Below, piece after piece: positions 26,706-40,869 of a stretch of DNA of 64,000 bases. The DNA is from Gnetum montanum. Lineage: Eukaryota; Plantae; Gnetophyta. The stretch is from the NCBI GenBank assembly GCA_015680685.1, contig MNCI01002402.1, positions 62,001-126,000 on the forward strand. The letters are read 5' to 3'. The notes below the pieces were generated by a model. The model worked only from the letters and a program-made list of their open reading frames with translations. It was not told the DNA's origin and searched no databases. Each line of letters begins with the position of its first letter. Positions within the stretch are counted from its first letter, which is position 1. The translations under genes were made by a program, and so were the position numbers.

Positions 26706-29700
26706 TGTACTTTCCTCTTCTCCTCCGACTACCACAGATGGACAAAAAATCAAGTGAACCGAAAACTAAGTAAAGGGTCTAATTCAAATCAAAGAAATCA
26801 GAGAAATACTGCTATATTGTAACAGCAAGCCCAGACCAAATACAAATTAGAAATGTTGCTATATTGTATAAGCCAGTTGAAGAAGCAAGCCTCCGTGGAA
26901 GGTATAACTAAATACGCTTCCTACATAAACAAGGAAAGTTCCATGAACAAAAACGATTCGACCTTCTAATTCATGAATGGCGCTGTTACAACGATGATAT
27001 TGGCTATCATTTCAGCATGGCTGCTGCTGCTTGCTTGTTGCAGAGATGGGCAGAGATCAATTGCACTGACCACGCTGTGCTGTGGTTTCAAACTGATGAA
27101 TTCGTTTCTTAAAAACAAGGATAAAAACAGGGGATAAACTCTACTCATTTTTCAGTTGAAGTCTTGGAAATAAAATATAGTTGTACGTTAATATATATCC
27201 TAATATTAAATTTATGTTTACTTAGAATTTATTTTCTTTTCATTTTTGAAAGATATTTATGGAGCTTGTAAGTGCCATTTTTGAAGGAAACCTATAATGT
27301 GTTGTTACAACTCTCAAGTTACACTTGAAGTATGCATTCTAAATAAGTATAATAAGTAATAAGTCATTAGTAAGTAAAACTTGATGAAATATCATTTCCT
27401 ATGTATATTCAATAGTTATTATGAATATGTATTTGATTAAGTTCCTTGATGTAATTTTCATTGTTTTCTTGGCTTGTAATTATTAAGCTTTTGGTTGTTG
27501 CTTTGTGTTTGAGAAAGTTATAGCTCATATAATAAGAAATCTCAATGTCATGAAAAACTTCCAAAACTCCAAAATGAAATTTGGAGATTCTTGTAATTAA
27601 AAAATCATAGAGAAATATAATCATACCTAATGAAAATATATCTTCAAGTGTAATCAAACTGTGAAAATCATAGTCAATAAGTGGCAAATAGATATGTGAC
27701 ATGATGAGAATATGCAGATTACACAAAAATAAGAAACATCAAAATAAAATTATATATAAATCAAAATTTAGAAATGATGATTGCAATCTAAGAAGAAATT
27801 ATTTATATATCTAACTAGTTTAGCACTGTATTTATAATATATATCTATTATTTAGCCAAGAGAATCTTTTATATTTTTTTAATTAATAAAATCTCAAGTT
27901 ATTTCACTTAAAACTTATTCTCATATTGAATAAGAAAATCAAAACCAATGTACGTTATCCAAAATAATAATTCCATGAAAAAGTTATCTCTTAATCAAGA
28001 TCATTACAATAACTATTTATTTATGTTGACAAAGTCCAATTGGCTAGTAATTGGGTCTATTGACTAGTAATTAGTCCTCACTGCTAAGATAATAAAATTA
28101 TTAAATTATTTTACCATGCCTAAAGAGGACTCCCTTGGAGGGGGTTGGTAATTGGCCTCTCATTCAAAATAAAAATTAAATCTTCAAGCTAAACAAAATT
28201 GCAAAAATTGTAAGTCAATATGCTATACACAAATTCATAGAGTTATGGATATCATAGTTGAATTTGTAGTGTACAACATGATAGAATTATGTATGATAGA
28301 ATTCCCTAATGGAAAAAATTATTAATGCAGAATAAAATTTAAACACATGGTAGTTTGTGCCACATGGGTAAAAGATAATTCAAACTAGCACAAACAGGTT
28401 GACACACTCATGAAGAAATAGTTGTGACATTAACTCAAAATAAAGTTAGTGCATTAAAAAAAAGGTTAATGCACTAATGAAAAACATTGACCTAGAAAAG
28501 CTTTAAAATACATGGCAATTTATGTAATATGGATTTGGGAAAATTTTTAAGCTAGCCTGATCAATATTTGAGAGAAAATAAGTTGATGTACTAACCAATA
28601 AATAAGGAATATTTATGGCAATAACAAAAGAAGTAAGTTGTTAGCACACCCATATATTGAAACATTAGATTTGATATGAAAATAGGATAGAAGTTTTATA
28701 AATTTGATTAGGTACATCCCAACTAAATGTAATAAAAATTGGATAAGAATAAGAAAAATTAGGAAATAAATAGATACAGTAGAACTTTGGTTGTTATTCT
28801 TTGTTTATTTTTTCCATGATAAAATTTAATTTTAGTGGAAATTCAAAAATAGAATTTAGTGCAATGGTTGAGAATTATCAACAAATAATGTATTAAATTA
28901 TTATGAATTTTAATTAATTATAGATTCTACAATGATTTGTGGATTTCACAAACTATGAGCAATTCTTAATAAGGAAAAAATTCAAACATGAAGTAGTTGG
29001 TAAGACATGAGGAGATAAAAACCATTTGAAATGATCTTTTCTCGCTCTCTAATTTCTAGAGAAAGAAATTATTTAAAATGTGAATAACAATTTAAATGCT
29101 CCTTTTCTACTTGGTTTCTATGTTAAATAAAAATTCATCTTTACCTTCATGGATGCATCAACCATAATTCTCTTTCTTAAATTAGTTAGTAAGCAATATC
29201 ATTTTCTTAAGTAACCTTGGGTAAAAAAATCAATTTGAATGATATTACACAAGAAGGCTTAAAGGGAAAAACTAACAAATATTTTTTTGGATTGCAAAAA
29301 AGGGTGACCACAATTTACATTGCTTTAGAATATTATTATAGATAATGTGGACTTAACCATGAATAAGTAGAAGTCTAAGATTCATTTCCTATGTATCAAT
29401 ACTTCACTTAGTGTTCCATTAGGTATCCATTGCACATTAATATTAGATCCTTGTAATAATATCTACTTGAAACTTCTTATTCATTGTTGATATTCCGATA
29501 ACATCGCATCATTTCATCTCTTGGAAATACAATTGTAAGGCTATCAATGTTGCAAGAAGCATTATCATTTAGCGTATTGTCCAAGAGAGGATTTTTATTC
29601 ATGGCACTTCATTTTTATTATTGTTTATGAGAAGTTATCTACCTTCAAGCATGGGTAGCATGTCTTTCCTGTGGGATCCCCAAAAAGTTATTATGTGCTT

Positions 29701-30269
29701 TTTTATTTTTATTGTATGTCAACCATTTAAGNGTAGAAAAACATTAAATAATTAAGAAATTATTAAGAAATTGAAAAGTATAAAAGAATANACAATAGGA
29801 TAGAACTCAAAATAGTAGTCCAGAAGAATCCACAAATTCCCTTAATGCCACACCTTTTCATTCCCCCTTGGTTCTTCACTTTTTTGTCCAAGCATAATGA
29901 CCATAGGTTTATTCTTAGTTTTATGATGGAAAGAACATCATTATGGAAATGGTAAGAACCTCTTATTAATGGAATGGACGGATGGATGGTATGGTCTCAT
30001 TGTATAGATAATCAGTCCCTTATGCTTGATAATATAGAGAAATCTTCACCTTATTGGAATACATCTTGCCTTATTCTTGGCATGTTTTATTAGTAATCAA
30101 AAATATTTACAAAGAGAAATGAAAATAGAGTATGAAAAAGATAAAAAACATAGTAAAAATGGAAAAAGATGAAAAACATGAAAATATCATCAAAAAATGT
30201 TAAAGAATTAGGAAATTATTAAGAAATTGAAAAATATAAAACAACAAAAAATTGGGTCTCTCTCATTTG

Positions 30270-33070
30270 GTTACGAAGTCCATCTATGATGTGGAAAAGC
30301 TACTCTTTTTAAGAGAAATCATGACCTAGACATCTATGTAGTAGTAAATAGTATCTATCCAAGGCCACATCCAAGGATTAATGTTTTTCTTACCTCCATC
30401 CTTGGATATGTTTTCTCAAGTTGAACACTCTTGATAGGTTTGGTATTTCTCATTGAAGAGTTCTAGCATTGTGGACCATTGATGGATTAAATCTAGTTCC
30501 AGCAATCCATACCAACTTTCAGCTTCATCAACTAGTATTCTAGGAAAGAGCTTAAGCTTTTGCCACTTACTCTTGATGTTCTACAAGGTACAAACATCAT
30601 GGAAGGCTTGTAAGTGATGCTATGGATCAAAGTTATAACCTCCCATAAATTTAGGGATGTTATTCATATCAAGCCTTTTAATGCACCTTTCCCTTTGATG
30701 CTTGTGAGGTATTCTAACTACCTCCATTACTTGTCTCATGCTTCTAGTAGGCAACAAGGATTCATCATCATTAGACATGTCATGGTGATCATTTTATTTC
30801 TGTTGGTTTGATTATGATGATCTTGTCTATGTTCACTTTGATGATCTCATCTATTTCTATTTATATCTTTGTCTTGACCCTTTAGTGTATCACTATCTCT
30901 ATACCTACATTCATCTTCATCAAAATTAGACGTTGAAGAGGAAGAGAAAGATGGGGAACTTGGAGGATTACCATGGCTCCTATATCTCCCCCTGTTTTCC
31001 CTTCATTTATCTCTTCTAGGTTTGGAGGAGGTCCTAGGCCTTGAAGCTCTTCTTGTTCTAGGACGTACTCCATCTCCTCTAAGATTGTCTACATTAGTTG
31101 AATGTGTCCTTTGAGCACAATAAAGATCTAAATGAGAATATGAAATCCTTGCTTGTGATTGTTCTCTCTAGTTTTCTTTAATATATCTCTTGTCATTTCT
31201 CCTAATAATGTTTTCATGATATGATGCATTATTAGTCCTATATGAAGAAAACATGCTTTTATTTGATCGCATGTGTGACTTATAATATTAATATTTTCTA
31301 AAAGATAGGTTGTTAATACATTTACAGTGTTTGTTTATGATATAACTAATCTAGATGACTAGCACCATCCCCAGCAACGGTGCTAATGATGAGTGGCAGG
31401 TGCCCCCTAGGCCCAACCATATGAATCATAAACATTCACACCTAATCTAGTTGAATTTCATGGATGGAACTAGCTATGGCATCTAGATTGTTAAGCATTG
31501 ATCATAGGACATTGTCTTCCCACTTGGACTAGTGGCAGCTTTGTCACGTATGGTTTAGTCCAAAACGAGGCATATGATAATTGATATTGTTAAGCCTTGA
31601 TTACTCCTGGCGATAAACATAATTGAGAATGAAATTTAATTCTAAGTCTAAGTAATGATAGTAATGTAAATCTACTCTAGCCTAGAGTGATGAACATTCA
31701 GTCTTGGGTTATCGTACACATCTTGGACTCATGTAACCGTTACTAGGTTACTAAGCATTATGCTACTTGGCAAACCAAGCAATAACACTACTGGGGTTAC
31801 CAAATGATTATTCTTAAACATTCAAAACTAGTTGTACTCATTCCACTTTACTAATGAACAAAAAAGTAAAGTACTTAGAAATGTAAATGATTAAACTAAG
31901 AAAATAGTAAAAATTATGCTAAGTAAAATAGTAAAACTAAGTGGATGCTACAATGATGAAAAATAATCTTAATCTGTATTTCCAACCATGAACTATGCCC
32001 AAGAACACTTTTCTCGAATAAAGATTTCATACAATTGCATTACACCACACTGCAGGCATTCACTTTATCACTAAAGCTACAAAAACAAAATGCACAAGTC
32101 TACCTAAGGATGCAATAAAAGTTATCTAGATCCACGCACCTAGTTGTTGTATTTATAGGTGGCACACTTCCCACAATTTTTGGATCTATGATGATGTAGC
32201 TTATGCTACGATATCGTATATATGACATTGTAGATACAATATCATAGTTACAATATAACTGGTCAAGAAAAATATGACTTTATCAAATAGATGTGATGTA
32301 GCATCTATGATATCTCAACTAATTGATCGGTGTGCATGCTAGCCTTTAAAAGCAACACTTACGCACAAAGACCAGGGAATATTAGTTAACATAGTAATAG
32401 AACTCTTTTAGTTTGTCTTCGTGATTTTAGTACTTAGTAATGTGTGCTCACAATGTGATGTTAAGTGATTAACCGAAGTCTTCATTCAAGTGTGATGTAC
32501 TTGGACACATTGCATGCCTACAAATAAAGATTGAGATTACTTTCCATCATTGTAGCAACACTTAGTTTTATTTTTGTTTTTATTTAGTTTAATGTTTACT
32601 ACACTTTACCATTATTGTTGTTGAGTTGAATGAGTACAACTAATCTCAGATATGTAAGTGTAGCTACTTGATAACCTAGTAGTACTATCACTTGGTACAC
32701 CTAGTAGTGAAGTACTTGGTAATTCCAATAATAGTTTTATGAAATCCAAGGTGTGAATAGAATGATAGGACTGGCTACTCATCGCATAGGATAGATTAGA
32801 TTTGTTTAACTATCATTTATATTTAGAAACCTTTTCCTTTAGCTTATGTCTATTCGGAGCACTTTAGCTCATACAACATCAATATCATATACCTCATCGT
32901 GAGTTAAACCATATGCATCAATTTTACTAACTTACATGGGAAGACATTGATCGTGAACTTTAACCAATTACTAGTATAATCACATTGCCTTGTCCACGAT
33001 ATTCGATTGGGATTGTAAATGAACACTCATATCTCGTATGATTGGGTGTTGGATACGCCACCACTCATCA
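30270..33070 (-). mobile_element. Athila-like remnant, unit B copy (LTR region 31387-33070, PBS 31368-31385)
   Basis: Paralog of 9170-11968. Confidence 0.8.
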
Positions 33071-35776
33071 CCCTCCTACACTTAACGTATGTAAAAATGA
33101 TTACTATATCATATTGCATTTCTTAGATAAGCATAGAAAAATCAATACTTTTAGAAATAGCTTGCAAAGATGTTTGGTGTCTTACAAAAGTTTCATTGGT
33201 TCTAACACTTTACCTTAAAAAAAATGCTCTTTGGTGTTTAAAATTGGAGAACAATTTAATTCCAAACCTCTTAACTTTACCATAACCATGAACTTTCATT
33301 TCATTGTTTGATTTCTACTGCTTGTTTTAGCGAACTTGTCATATAAAACTGAGCCATTAAAAAATTATAGATTGAAAATAAATGCACTTTGATGCTTGCG
33401 ATGGGAGAAAAAGATTTAATTATTGACATGTTGACATTAGTTCATAACCATGAATGTTCATGGTTTGATATTGGGCATACTATTTGATAACTCTAATATG
33501 CTTGTTTACCACATTAACAATCTAAAAATGTTGAAGTACAAATGGTGTTCAAACATTAAACTATTGGTTGTAACGTCAACCCATGAGGAGGGTATACTAT
33601 TTGCACATAAGTAAAAAAAATTTCAATTTTGGTATGGAAAGTAGCTTTTGGCAACAAGTAGAGCGCATCATATAAACAGGCACCCTTCCAGGAAGTTTAC
33701 ACATGCTAGAAACTTAAAGTAACTATTGCTCTGACACCATATTCAGACAAATTAAATGCTCTTTCGTGTATGAAATCGTAAAACAAAATTTAATCTCAGA
33801 GCTCTCAGCTTTCACAAAACCATGACATCTCAACTTTAACATGACCATGAAGATTCAGCCGGTAAAGTTGTTTGAGTTGTCCAAGCAAGTTGTCATATTT
33901 GACCAACCTGTTAAAAAACAAAGATAACATTTTATGTGACAATATATTTCATATGGAAAATAAATGCACTTTGGTGCTTGAATTTGTATAACAAAATTGA
34001 ATTCTTAACATTTCAACTTTAACCATAAATATGAATGTTGGTCGTTTGTTGATCCAGAACATAGAACTCAGATCCTGAATATCTACTCATTAAAATGGTA
34101 AAAATGCCTGAGTAAGCACAGATGGTGTTCGCCCATTAAGGTGTTCGCCCATTAAACTATTGCTTCCAGTGGAAACCTGAAAGGAGGGTATACCATCTCC
34201 ACATTGAAAAAAAGTTCCATTTTGTATAAAGAAAGTAGCTTTTGTTAATAACACTCTCCCGATTGTCTACCCATTAAAATCCTAAAAATGATTTAAGTAT
34301 TGATGGTGTTTGAGTATTTAACTTTTTCCTCTAACAGCAACCCAGAAGGAGAGTAGACTATCTGCATACAATAAAAAAATATTTCATTTAAGGGTTTCTG
34401 CTCTTTACAATAGGAAAACACACCAGTTTCCATTTTTCACAAAGAAAGTAGCTCAGAAAGTTTACACAAGCCAGAAACATATATGCTAGCCCAACACTTA
34501 AGTGAAAATTAACAGAATTGGTTGACACTGGAAATCTTCCAGCCTTTTCAACTTGTGAGGTATTTTGACTAACCCAACGGCAAGATTATGTCAATTTTTT
34601 AATCCATCCACCAAATCTGTAGCGTATTGACTACAATCAAGTAACCTCTATCAGGTGGCATCTTAGCACGTAAACGATATATTTGGCATTAATATCGATA
34701 CCCATAAAAAGATGAAAACTGAATCTGCATAGAACCGTTCCAGAATACTTGGAAAATTAGATGTACTGAAAAGAACAATACAAGGTCCGCATAAAATCTG
34801 AGAGACATCTCTGCTACTGTCACTTCAAAGCTATAACTATCAAATCCAACTCAAAAACAAGGAGAAGAAAGGAGATTAATGGTTTCATGTTCTCACCTGC
34901 TTGTATGCAACTCTGCCATTCAAAGAAGCTGCAATTCAAACCACAGTAAACCGAGAAAAATTTATTTAAACGTCATTTTACCAACTGTGTAAAGGGGATG
35001 AAGCACCGCCCTCTGTTGCCTAACTATCAAATATCAAATTATAGCCTCAGGTTAAAAACCATTTTGACATTTTTTTTGACTCTGGAGTACGTCGAAAAAT
35101 TTTGATATCGTAAAATGACGTGGTGTAACACCATTGAGAAATTCCTCTATGGAAACGCAGAAAGCAATATAATCGGAAGCCACAGACTTGCTGAAGAGCA
35201 ATGAGTAAACAAGCACCATACCATTAATCCATTAAACAGGGATCACGTAATTTCAAAAATGTAAGGTATCAGACAAAAGTACTCCATAAAGAAAAACTTT
35301 AAACAAAACACAAGACAAAACTCTCTAAAATGGCATACATTTTTTTTGTTGGAAGGAAATATGATGTAGATTACTCAAAATCTATTGCCAGAACTCATTC
35401 CATTTGTAGAATCCCTCGGTAAAAGAGACACAGAGAAAAACTCCACTGATTTGATCAAATCGCTCTAAAATCCAGGAATGTAAAAGAACGTTTGAAAATC
35501 AAGCAAGACGATCTCGGTTTCATCAAGGAGGCGATGAAAGAGAAGTGAAATTGAAAAAAGAAATTTCTGCTAGGTACAAGAGAATTTCATTTTTAAAAAA
35601 TAGGAGACTTCTCCTAACTATGGTAATCAAGAAATACTGAATTGCCTGGTTACACAATAAAATTGCAACCAAACAACAAGTCCGTGCTTACAAAATGGTG
35701 GCTAGATAACGAATCCGCGTTTACATAACAAAATCGCGCTCTCTAATCTGGTGTGCTTGGAGAATCCTTGTTTACA

Positions 35777-36875
35777 CATAGTTACCGGAAACGGGAAACG
35801 GCACAACTGATGCAACAGCAACCGCAAAAAATTAGGTTGCGAAAAAGAAACGAGCTTTAAATATAAAGCCAATTTAGTATAGAAGCCACAGTGGAAGAGG
35901 TAATCAATATGCTAGAACTTGAAGGTAGTGGCAGAACAAGTATACAACATTCTAAATCTTTGATTCTAAATACCACTCAAAAGAGTTTCTGACCAATACT
36001 AAATTCATATTCACCAATATTCAAATAAAATCCTCAAACATGAGTTGAAAATAGTGAAGAGATTAGATCAGAGATTAGATGAGCTGAAATTCTTCATCTA
36101 TATAAAGAAGCAATAAGGCAAGATTGGAGATTAGATCTACGAATAGAAGGATTTGCTGCCCTCCTTGAAATGGGAATAGAGAAAGGCCAAATACGAGGTT
36201 ACTATATTAACTTTGAACAGATGGACTTTTAACAATAAGACCCTATATTTTACAGAATATGAATTGCAGTGATTGAACTTTATTGTAATAAGAAATTCTG
36301 ATTCAAAGAAAAGAATCAATGAGGAGATAATGTACAAAAATGGTCTTTCAATTCACACTTTAGCCCATTTTGAAGAGGGAGGAGAAGTGCTTGATGCAGA
36401 AGCACTGACTTACCACTTAGAGTTGACGAACGGTCATAAAGAGCAATGTAGAAGCAGCAATGGTCGTGGAGAGCAATGCAGAAGTAGCATGATTAGTAGC
36501 ATTCACAGCACAACAATGCAAAAGCAGCAGCAAGATTAGGATTAGAGCACATGCCCCAAATGCTTTACCTAAATGTGTTGCTTATTGCCGTCCTGGCCAT
36601 AGAAGTGGCCCTAAATTTTTTTCATTCAATGTTTGCTGTTTCACACATTCAATTTGTTGCCATTTCACACATTCAATTTGTTGCAAACGTGCATTTAATT
36701 TGTGCTAAATGCAGTTGTTGAGAATAAAACATCGTATCCTTTCATATCTTAACCATCAAATTAAAAAATAGAATTTCACCCAGCAAGTGATGGTTACTAT
36801 TCATAAGAAACAACATTTTGAAACAGGATCCTGTTTCCACAACGTTATGAATCCGTTGCGTTTCTGGCAACATAG
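35777..36875. mobile_element. Non-autonomous TIR DNA transposon, probably hAT
   Basis: Absent at the paralogous site in unit A (~14625). Imperfect TIRs CATAGTTACCGGAAACG / CGTTTCTGGCAACATAG; flanking 8-mers TGTTTACA / CTTTTACA (degenerate 8-bp TSD); no transposase ORF. Confidence 0.7.
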
Positions 36876-36899
36876 CTTTTACATAACATAATGGCCATC

Positions 36900-37420
36900 T
36901 CTGATCTGGTGTGCTTGGAGAAAGAGGTGACATGAGTGGATTCCATGATGATGTGCGTGTATTGGAAATCCGTTCTAGCTCTTCTTCTGGTGGCAACTTT
37001 CCTGCGCAGAAAGTTGAATGGTCGACACAGCCAACACGACCTCAAAACCGTAGCAGATCCATGGCCTGGAAACTCCCAATCCAGGTGGACAGCTGCAACT
37101 TTGGCCAGAGCCATAGGCCTATCCAGCATTTTCTCATCTTCGTTGGCCAAAACACTCCTATATTTTCTTGGCCAATGCTCTACATGCTCCAAATCCATAG
37201 CAGCAGGAGAGCATGCCTCCGCCACTCCTAGAGTTGCAATGCTCTACATGCTCCAAATCCATAGCAGCAGGAGAGCATGCCTCCGCCACTCCTAGATTTG
37301 CAACTCTGCCGCACTTTTTGGTACCCGAAATTTTGCAAGCCGATGCATGCATGTCCGTGGCCATGCCTATGGCCTGCACACTCTTGTTCTGCTTCCTCTG
37401 CTTTGGTCTCCTTTCTTGCA
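36900..37420 (-). other. Unidentified exon-like segment (ORF X), unit B copy, with 64-bp tandem duplication
   Basis: Minus ORFs 37158-37445 and 36845-37225 would join into one frame if one 64-bp unit (37173-37236) is removed. Confidence 0.3.
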
Positions 37421-37424
37421 TCCA

Positions 37425-39355
37425 CGAATCTAAATCCTGCATCACACATCCAAAAGAAGCGATCTAGTAAATCTAGAACTCTTAGGATCTCCACAGACAA
37501 TCTTATTAACACTTAAAAATGGCACTCTGTAATTCATATGCAGAGCTAAGAAAGTGAGAATAATTAGTAATGTACCTTAACAGAACATAGTTGTCGATGG
37601 CGATAATAGGATCCGGTGAAGGCCAACAAAGAGAGAACTGCAGCGCAATCTGGGTTAAATCTCGCTTCGGCTGAGTTATTTTGAATTAAATTTCTCATAG
37701 TAACGTGGACGGTAATCAAGTTTTCCTTCTTTATTTAGTCCTGGATGCCCTCAGACATTGCCAGCTATGTGTCAGACTCCAAATCATTGTGGCCTCACAA
37801 AATAGCATCCAGAATCCCCAGCTGTGTTTTTGCCCAAAAAAATGATGGCGGTCGTCTTCACGTCAGTCTTAGGGCCATAACTCTTGCACAGAACTTCCGA
37901 AGCCATGTCGTATAGGTTATCTAGCCAGGTTTGAAGAAAATGGAAAGGCCGAAATTGATGCTTGAAATCATGTGTACTTTCCTCTTCTCCTCCGACTACG
38001 ACGGACGAACAGAAAAGCAAGTGAACCCAAAACTAAGTAAAGGGGGTCTAATTCAAATCGAAGAAGTCAGAAATACTGATATATTGTAATAGCAAGGTAA
38101 ACTGAGAATCCAGACTTAGAAATGTTGCTATATTGTATAATCTAGTTGAGGCTATCTAGTTGAAGAAGCAAGCCTCTGTTACAATTGTGTAAGGTATAAC
38201 TAAATATGCCTCCTACGTAAACAAGGAAAGTTCCATAAACAAAGAAAGTTCTGAAAATGATTCTGCTTTCTACAGCATGAATGGCACTGTTATAACGATG
38301 ATGTTGGCTGCAACGATTGCTTGTTGCAGAGATGGGCGGCTCTGTGGTTCCATAATACTGATAAATTCTTTTACTAAAGTCTGAAAAATAAAATATAGTT
38401 GTATGTTAATATATATCCTAAATTTAATAAAGTAAGATATGGTTCCTATTTTAGGGGGATAAATATTAAATTCATATTTACCTGGTCAGAATTTATTTTC
38501 TCTTTTATGAAGCTTGTAAGTGCTATTCTTGAAGCAAACCTATAATGTGTTGTTACAACTTTCAAGTTAGATTTGAAGTATGCATTCTAAATACGTTGCT
38601 TTATTACAAAATCATTAATTAAGTATAATAAGTCATTATTAAGTAAAACTTGATGAATATCATTTTCTATGTAAATTTAATAATTATTATGAATATGTAT
38701 TTGACTAAGTTCCTTCATGTAATTTGCACTATTTTCTTGGCTTGTAATTACTACTATTTTGTTAGTTGGAGTTTTTGGTTGTTGATTTGTGCCTGAGAAA
38801 GCTATACCTCATATAACAAGAAATCTCAATGTTATGAAAAACTTCCAAAACCCCAAAATGAAATTTGGAGATTCTTGTAATTGAAAAAATCATAGAGAAA
38901 TATAATAATACCTAATGAAAATAGATCTTCAAGTGTAATCAAATTGTGACAATCATAAGTGATAAGTGGCAAATAGATATGTGACATGATAAGAATATGC
39001 AGATTACACAAAAATAAGAAATGTCAAAATTTAGAAATGATGATTGCAATCTAACACGAAATCATTTATATATCTAACTAGTTTAGCACTATATTTATAA
39101 TATATATTTATTATTTAGCCAAGAGAATCTTTTATATTTTTTTAATTAATAAAATATCAAATTATTTCACTTAAAACCTATTCTCATATTGAATGAAAAA
39201 ATCAAAACCAATGTAGGTTATCCAATATAATAATTCCATGAAAAAGTTATCTCTTCTTGGTCAAGATCATTACAATAACTATTTATTTATGTTGACAAAG
39301 TGCAATTGGCTAGTAATTGGCTCTATCGACTAGTAATTAGTCCTCACCATTAAGA
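37425..39355. repeat. Third, more diverged copy of the CPK-fragment block (matches 5341-7352 and 26146-28090)
   Basis: Collinear homology from AAATCCTGCATCACACATCC to AATTAGTCCTCACC. Confidence 0.9.
37720..37970 (-). pseudogene. CPK fragment copy 3
   Basis: SINFGLSIFFKPG*I..ASEVLCKSYGPKTDV..FWAKTQLGILDAIL*GHNDLESD..AMSEG; retains KPG and DAIL, which are lost in the other copies. Confidence 0.85.
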
Positions 39356-40279
39356 TAAATAGTTAAGTAAAGCTTTGCTTTGGTGGTTCAAAATTAATGG
39401 CTTTTTGTTAGCTTAATTGTTAAGCTATTCTTACTTTCTATAGGTTTGTTATTAACTAATTAAAACCTATGTGGGCTCTTGTAAAGTCTCCTCTTTCTTG
39501 GTCAACAATTCAAGGTCTCTTTTTCTTACCACGGTGGCTTGAATTCCTTACAAACAATTACTTTGGTTTTTTAGATAGCAACATGCTCTATAATATGAAG
39601 TGTTTATGAAAGCATAATTTAGAAATTATTATAATTACCAAATCTATTATGTCACGGTGCAAAAGGTTACTATTGGCCACACTCTTAGCCCTAAATGGAA
39701 TATAAATCTTTCATAGTCTTCCTAGTCCAAATTTGAGATCCAATTTGGAATTCATTAATGCCTAGCTTTTTTTGTTTGGTGTTTCATGTTTCAAAGTCTC
39801 CATACAAGAATGAGATCAGTTGCTCTAAGTGCTCCTTAGCCAATTATGTCCACATTGCTTAGGATGAGCCATTCCTTCAGGTTTTCTTAGAGTGCCTAGC
39901 TCCTATAAATCTTTGGTTTTGGTTAAAATTTTTTATTGGTATTTCTTCAATATAAAGAGATTGCAGTCATAATAATTAATTATGAAAATCTTAAAAATTT
40001 TAGTTCATATAAAATACAATACAATACATTACTGCTATTATCAAACATGAAATACAACTTCATCCCTATCAATTTTTGACCTATTAAAATTCAAAAATGC
40101 TAGTGCTTTTCAACAACAGTTTGTACAATGGTTTGTCTTATTACTCATGGAAACTCAAAAATTCTCTTCTTATGCTCTTCTTAGTCTTTGACATCTAAAA
40201 CCAAAAAAAAATAAAATACTCTTATTGCTCTTTAACCTAAGAAAACTTAATAATGCTCTATTTTTCTAGCAACAATCCA

Positions 40280-40869
40280 TTAGTACAAAATGATGAAGAT
40301 CGATTGGGATGTTGTTTTTGGAGGTTCTAGTTGTTGTGATCCAAGAGACTTCTAATATACTCCTAAAGGATTGAACTTCTATGGATCTTTGAGGAGGATG
40401 AGACATCTAGGTTTCTTCTTAGCCTTCTACTACCCTTGTGTCTTTGCTTAGTAGTATGCCAATGGTTCCTGATTGCATTTTTGGTTCTACCTAGTAGATG
40501 CTTAGCAATCTTAGCCCACCTATTGCCGAGATCCATGTGGGCCTATACCAACATCCTCTCCTTCTGTTTTGTTCATGTATCCTTCTGCATGAATCAACAA
40601 ATATCAATGATCCATGATCCAGATCAAGTGATGAATTGCAAAGTAAATTCTTTGTCCTACAAGAAAGAAATAAAGAAAACTATAACTAAAAACCTTAATG
40701 TCTAATCATGGATGATTGTGCCGTCTTTCTCTACACTATTTTCCCACCTAGTTTGAAAGCATTTGAGCAATGTGCAACTATTTTTTAACTCCATATTTCT
40801 GCACCAGTCTCAACAATAACCTATCCACACATTGCAACAACCATACAAACCATGTGATATCATTTATCT
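40280..40869 (-). pseudogene. MYB98-like pseudogene copy 3 (part of intron 1, exon 2, exon 3, 3' flank)
   Basis: [47 protein letters not shown]; same stops as copy 1; cut by gypsy sequence at 40870. Confidence 0.88.

Larger units (their letters stand above)
24495..40869. repeat. Segmental duplication unit B
   Basis: Collinear with unit A. Additionally has a 1.1-kb TIR insertion (35777-36875), a 64-bp tandem duplication (37173-37300) and the 3.4-kb segment missing from A. Confidence 0.95.

Noticed and set aside
29732-29791. Segment differing from unit A between two Ns
   Set aside because: Resembles 9087-9140 and 30190-30240 and is bounded by Ns: misplaced gap fill.
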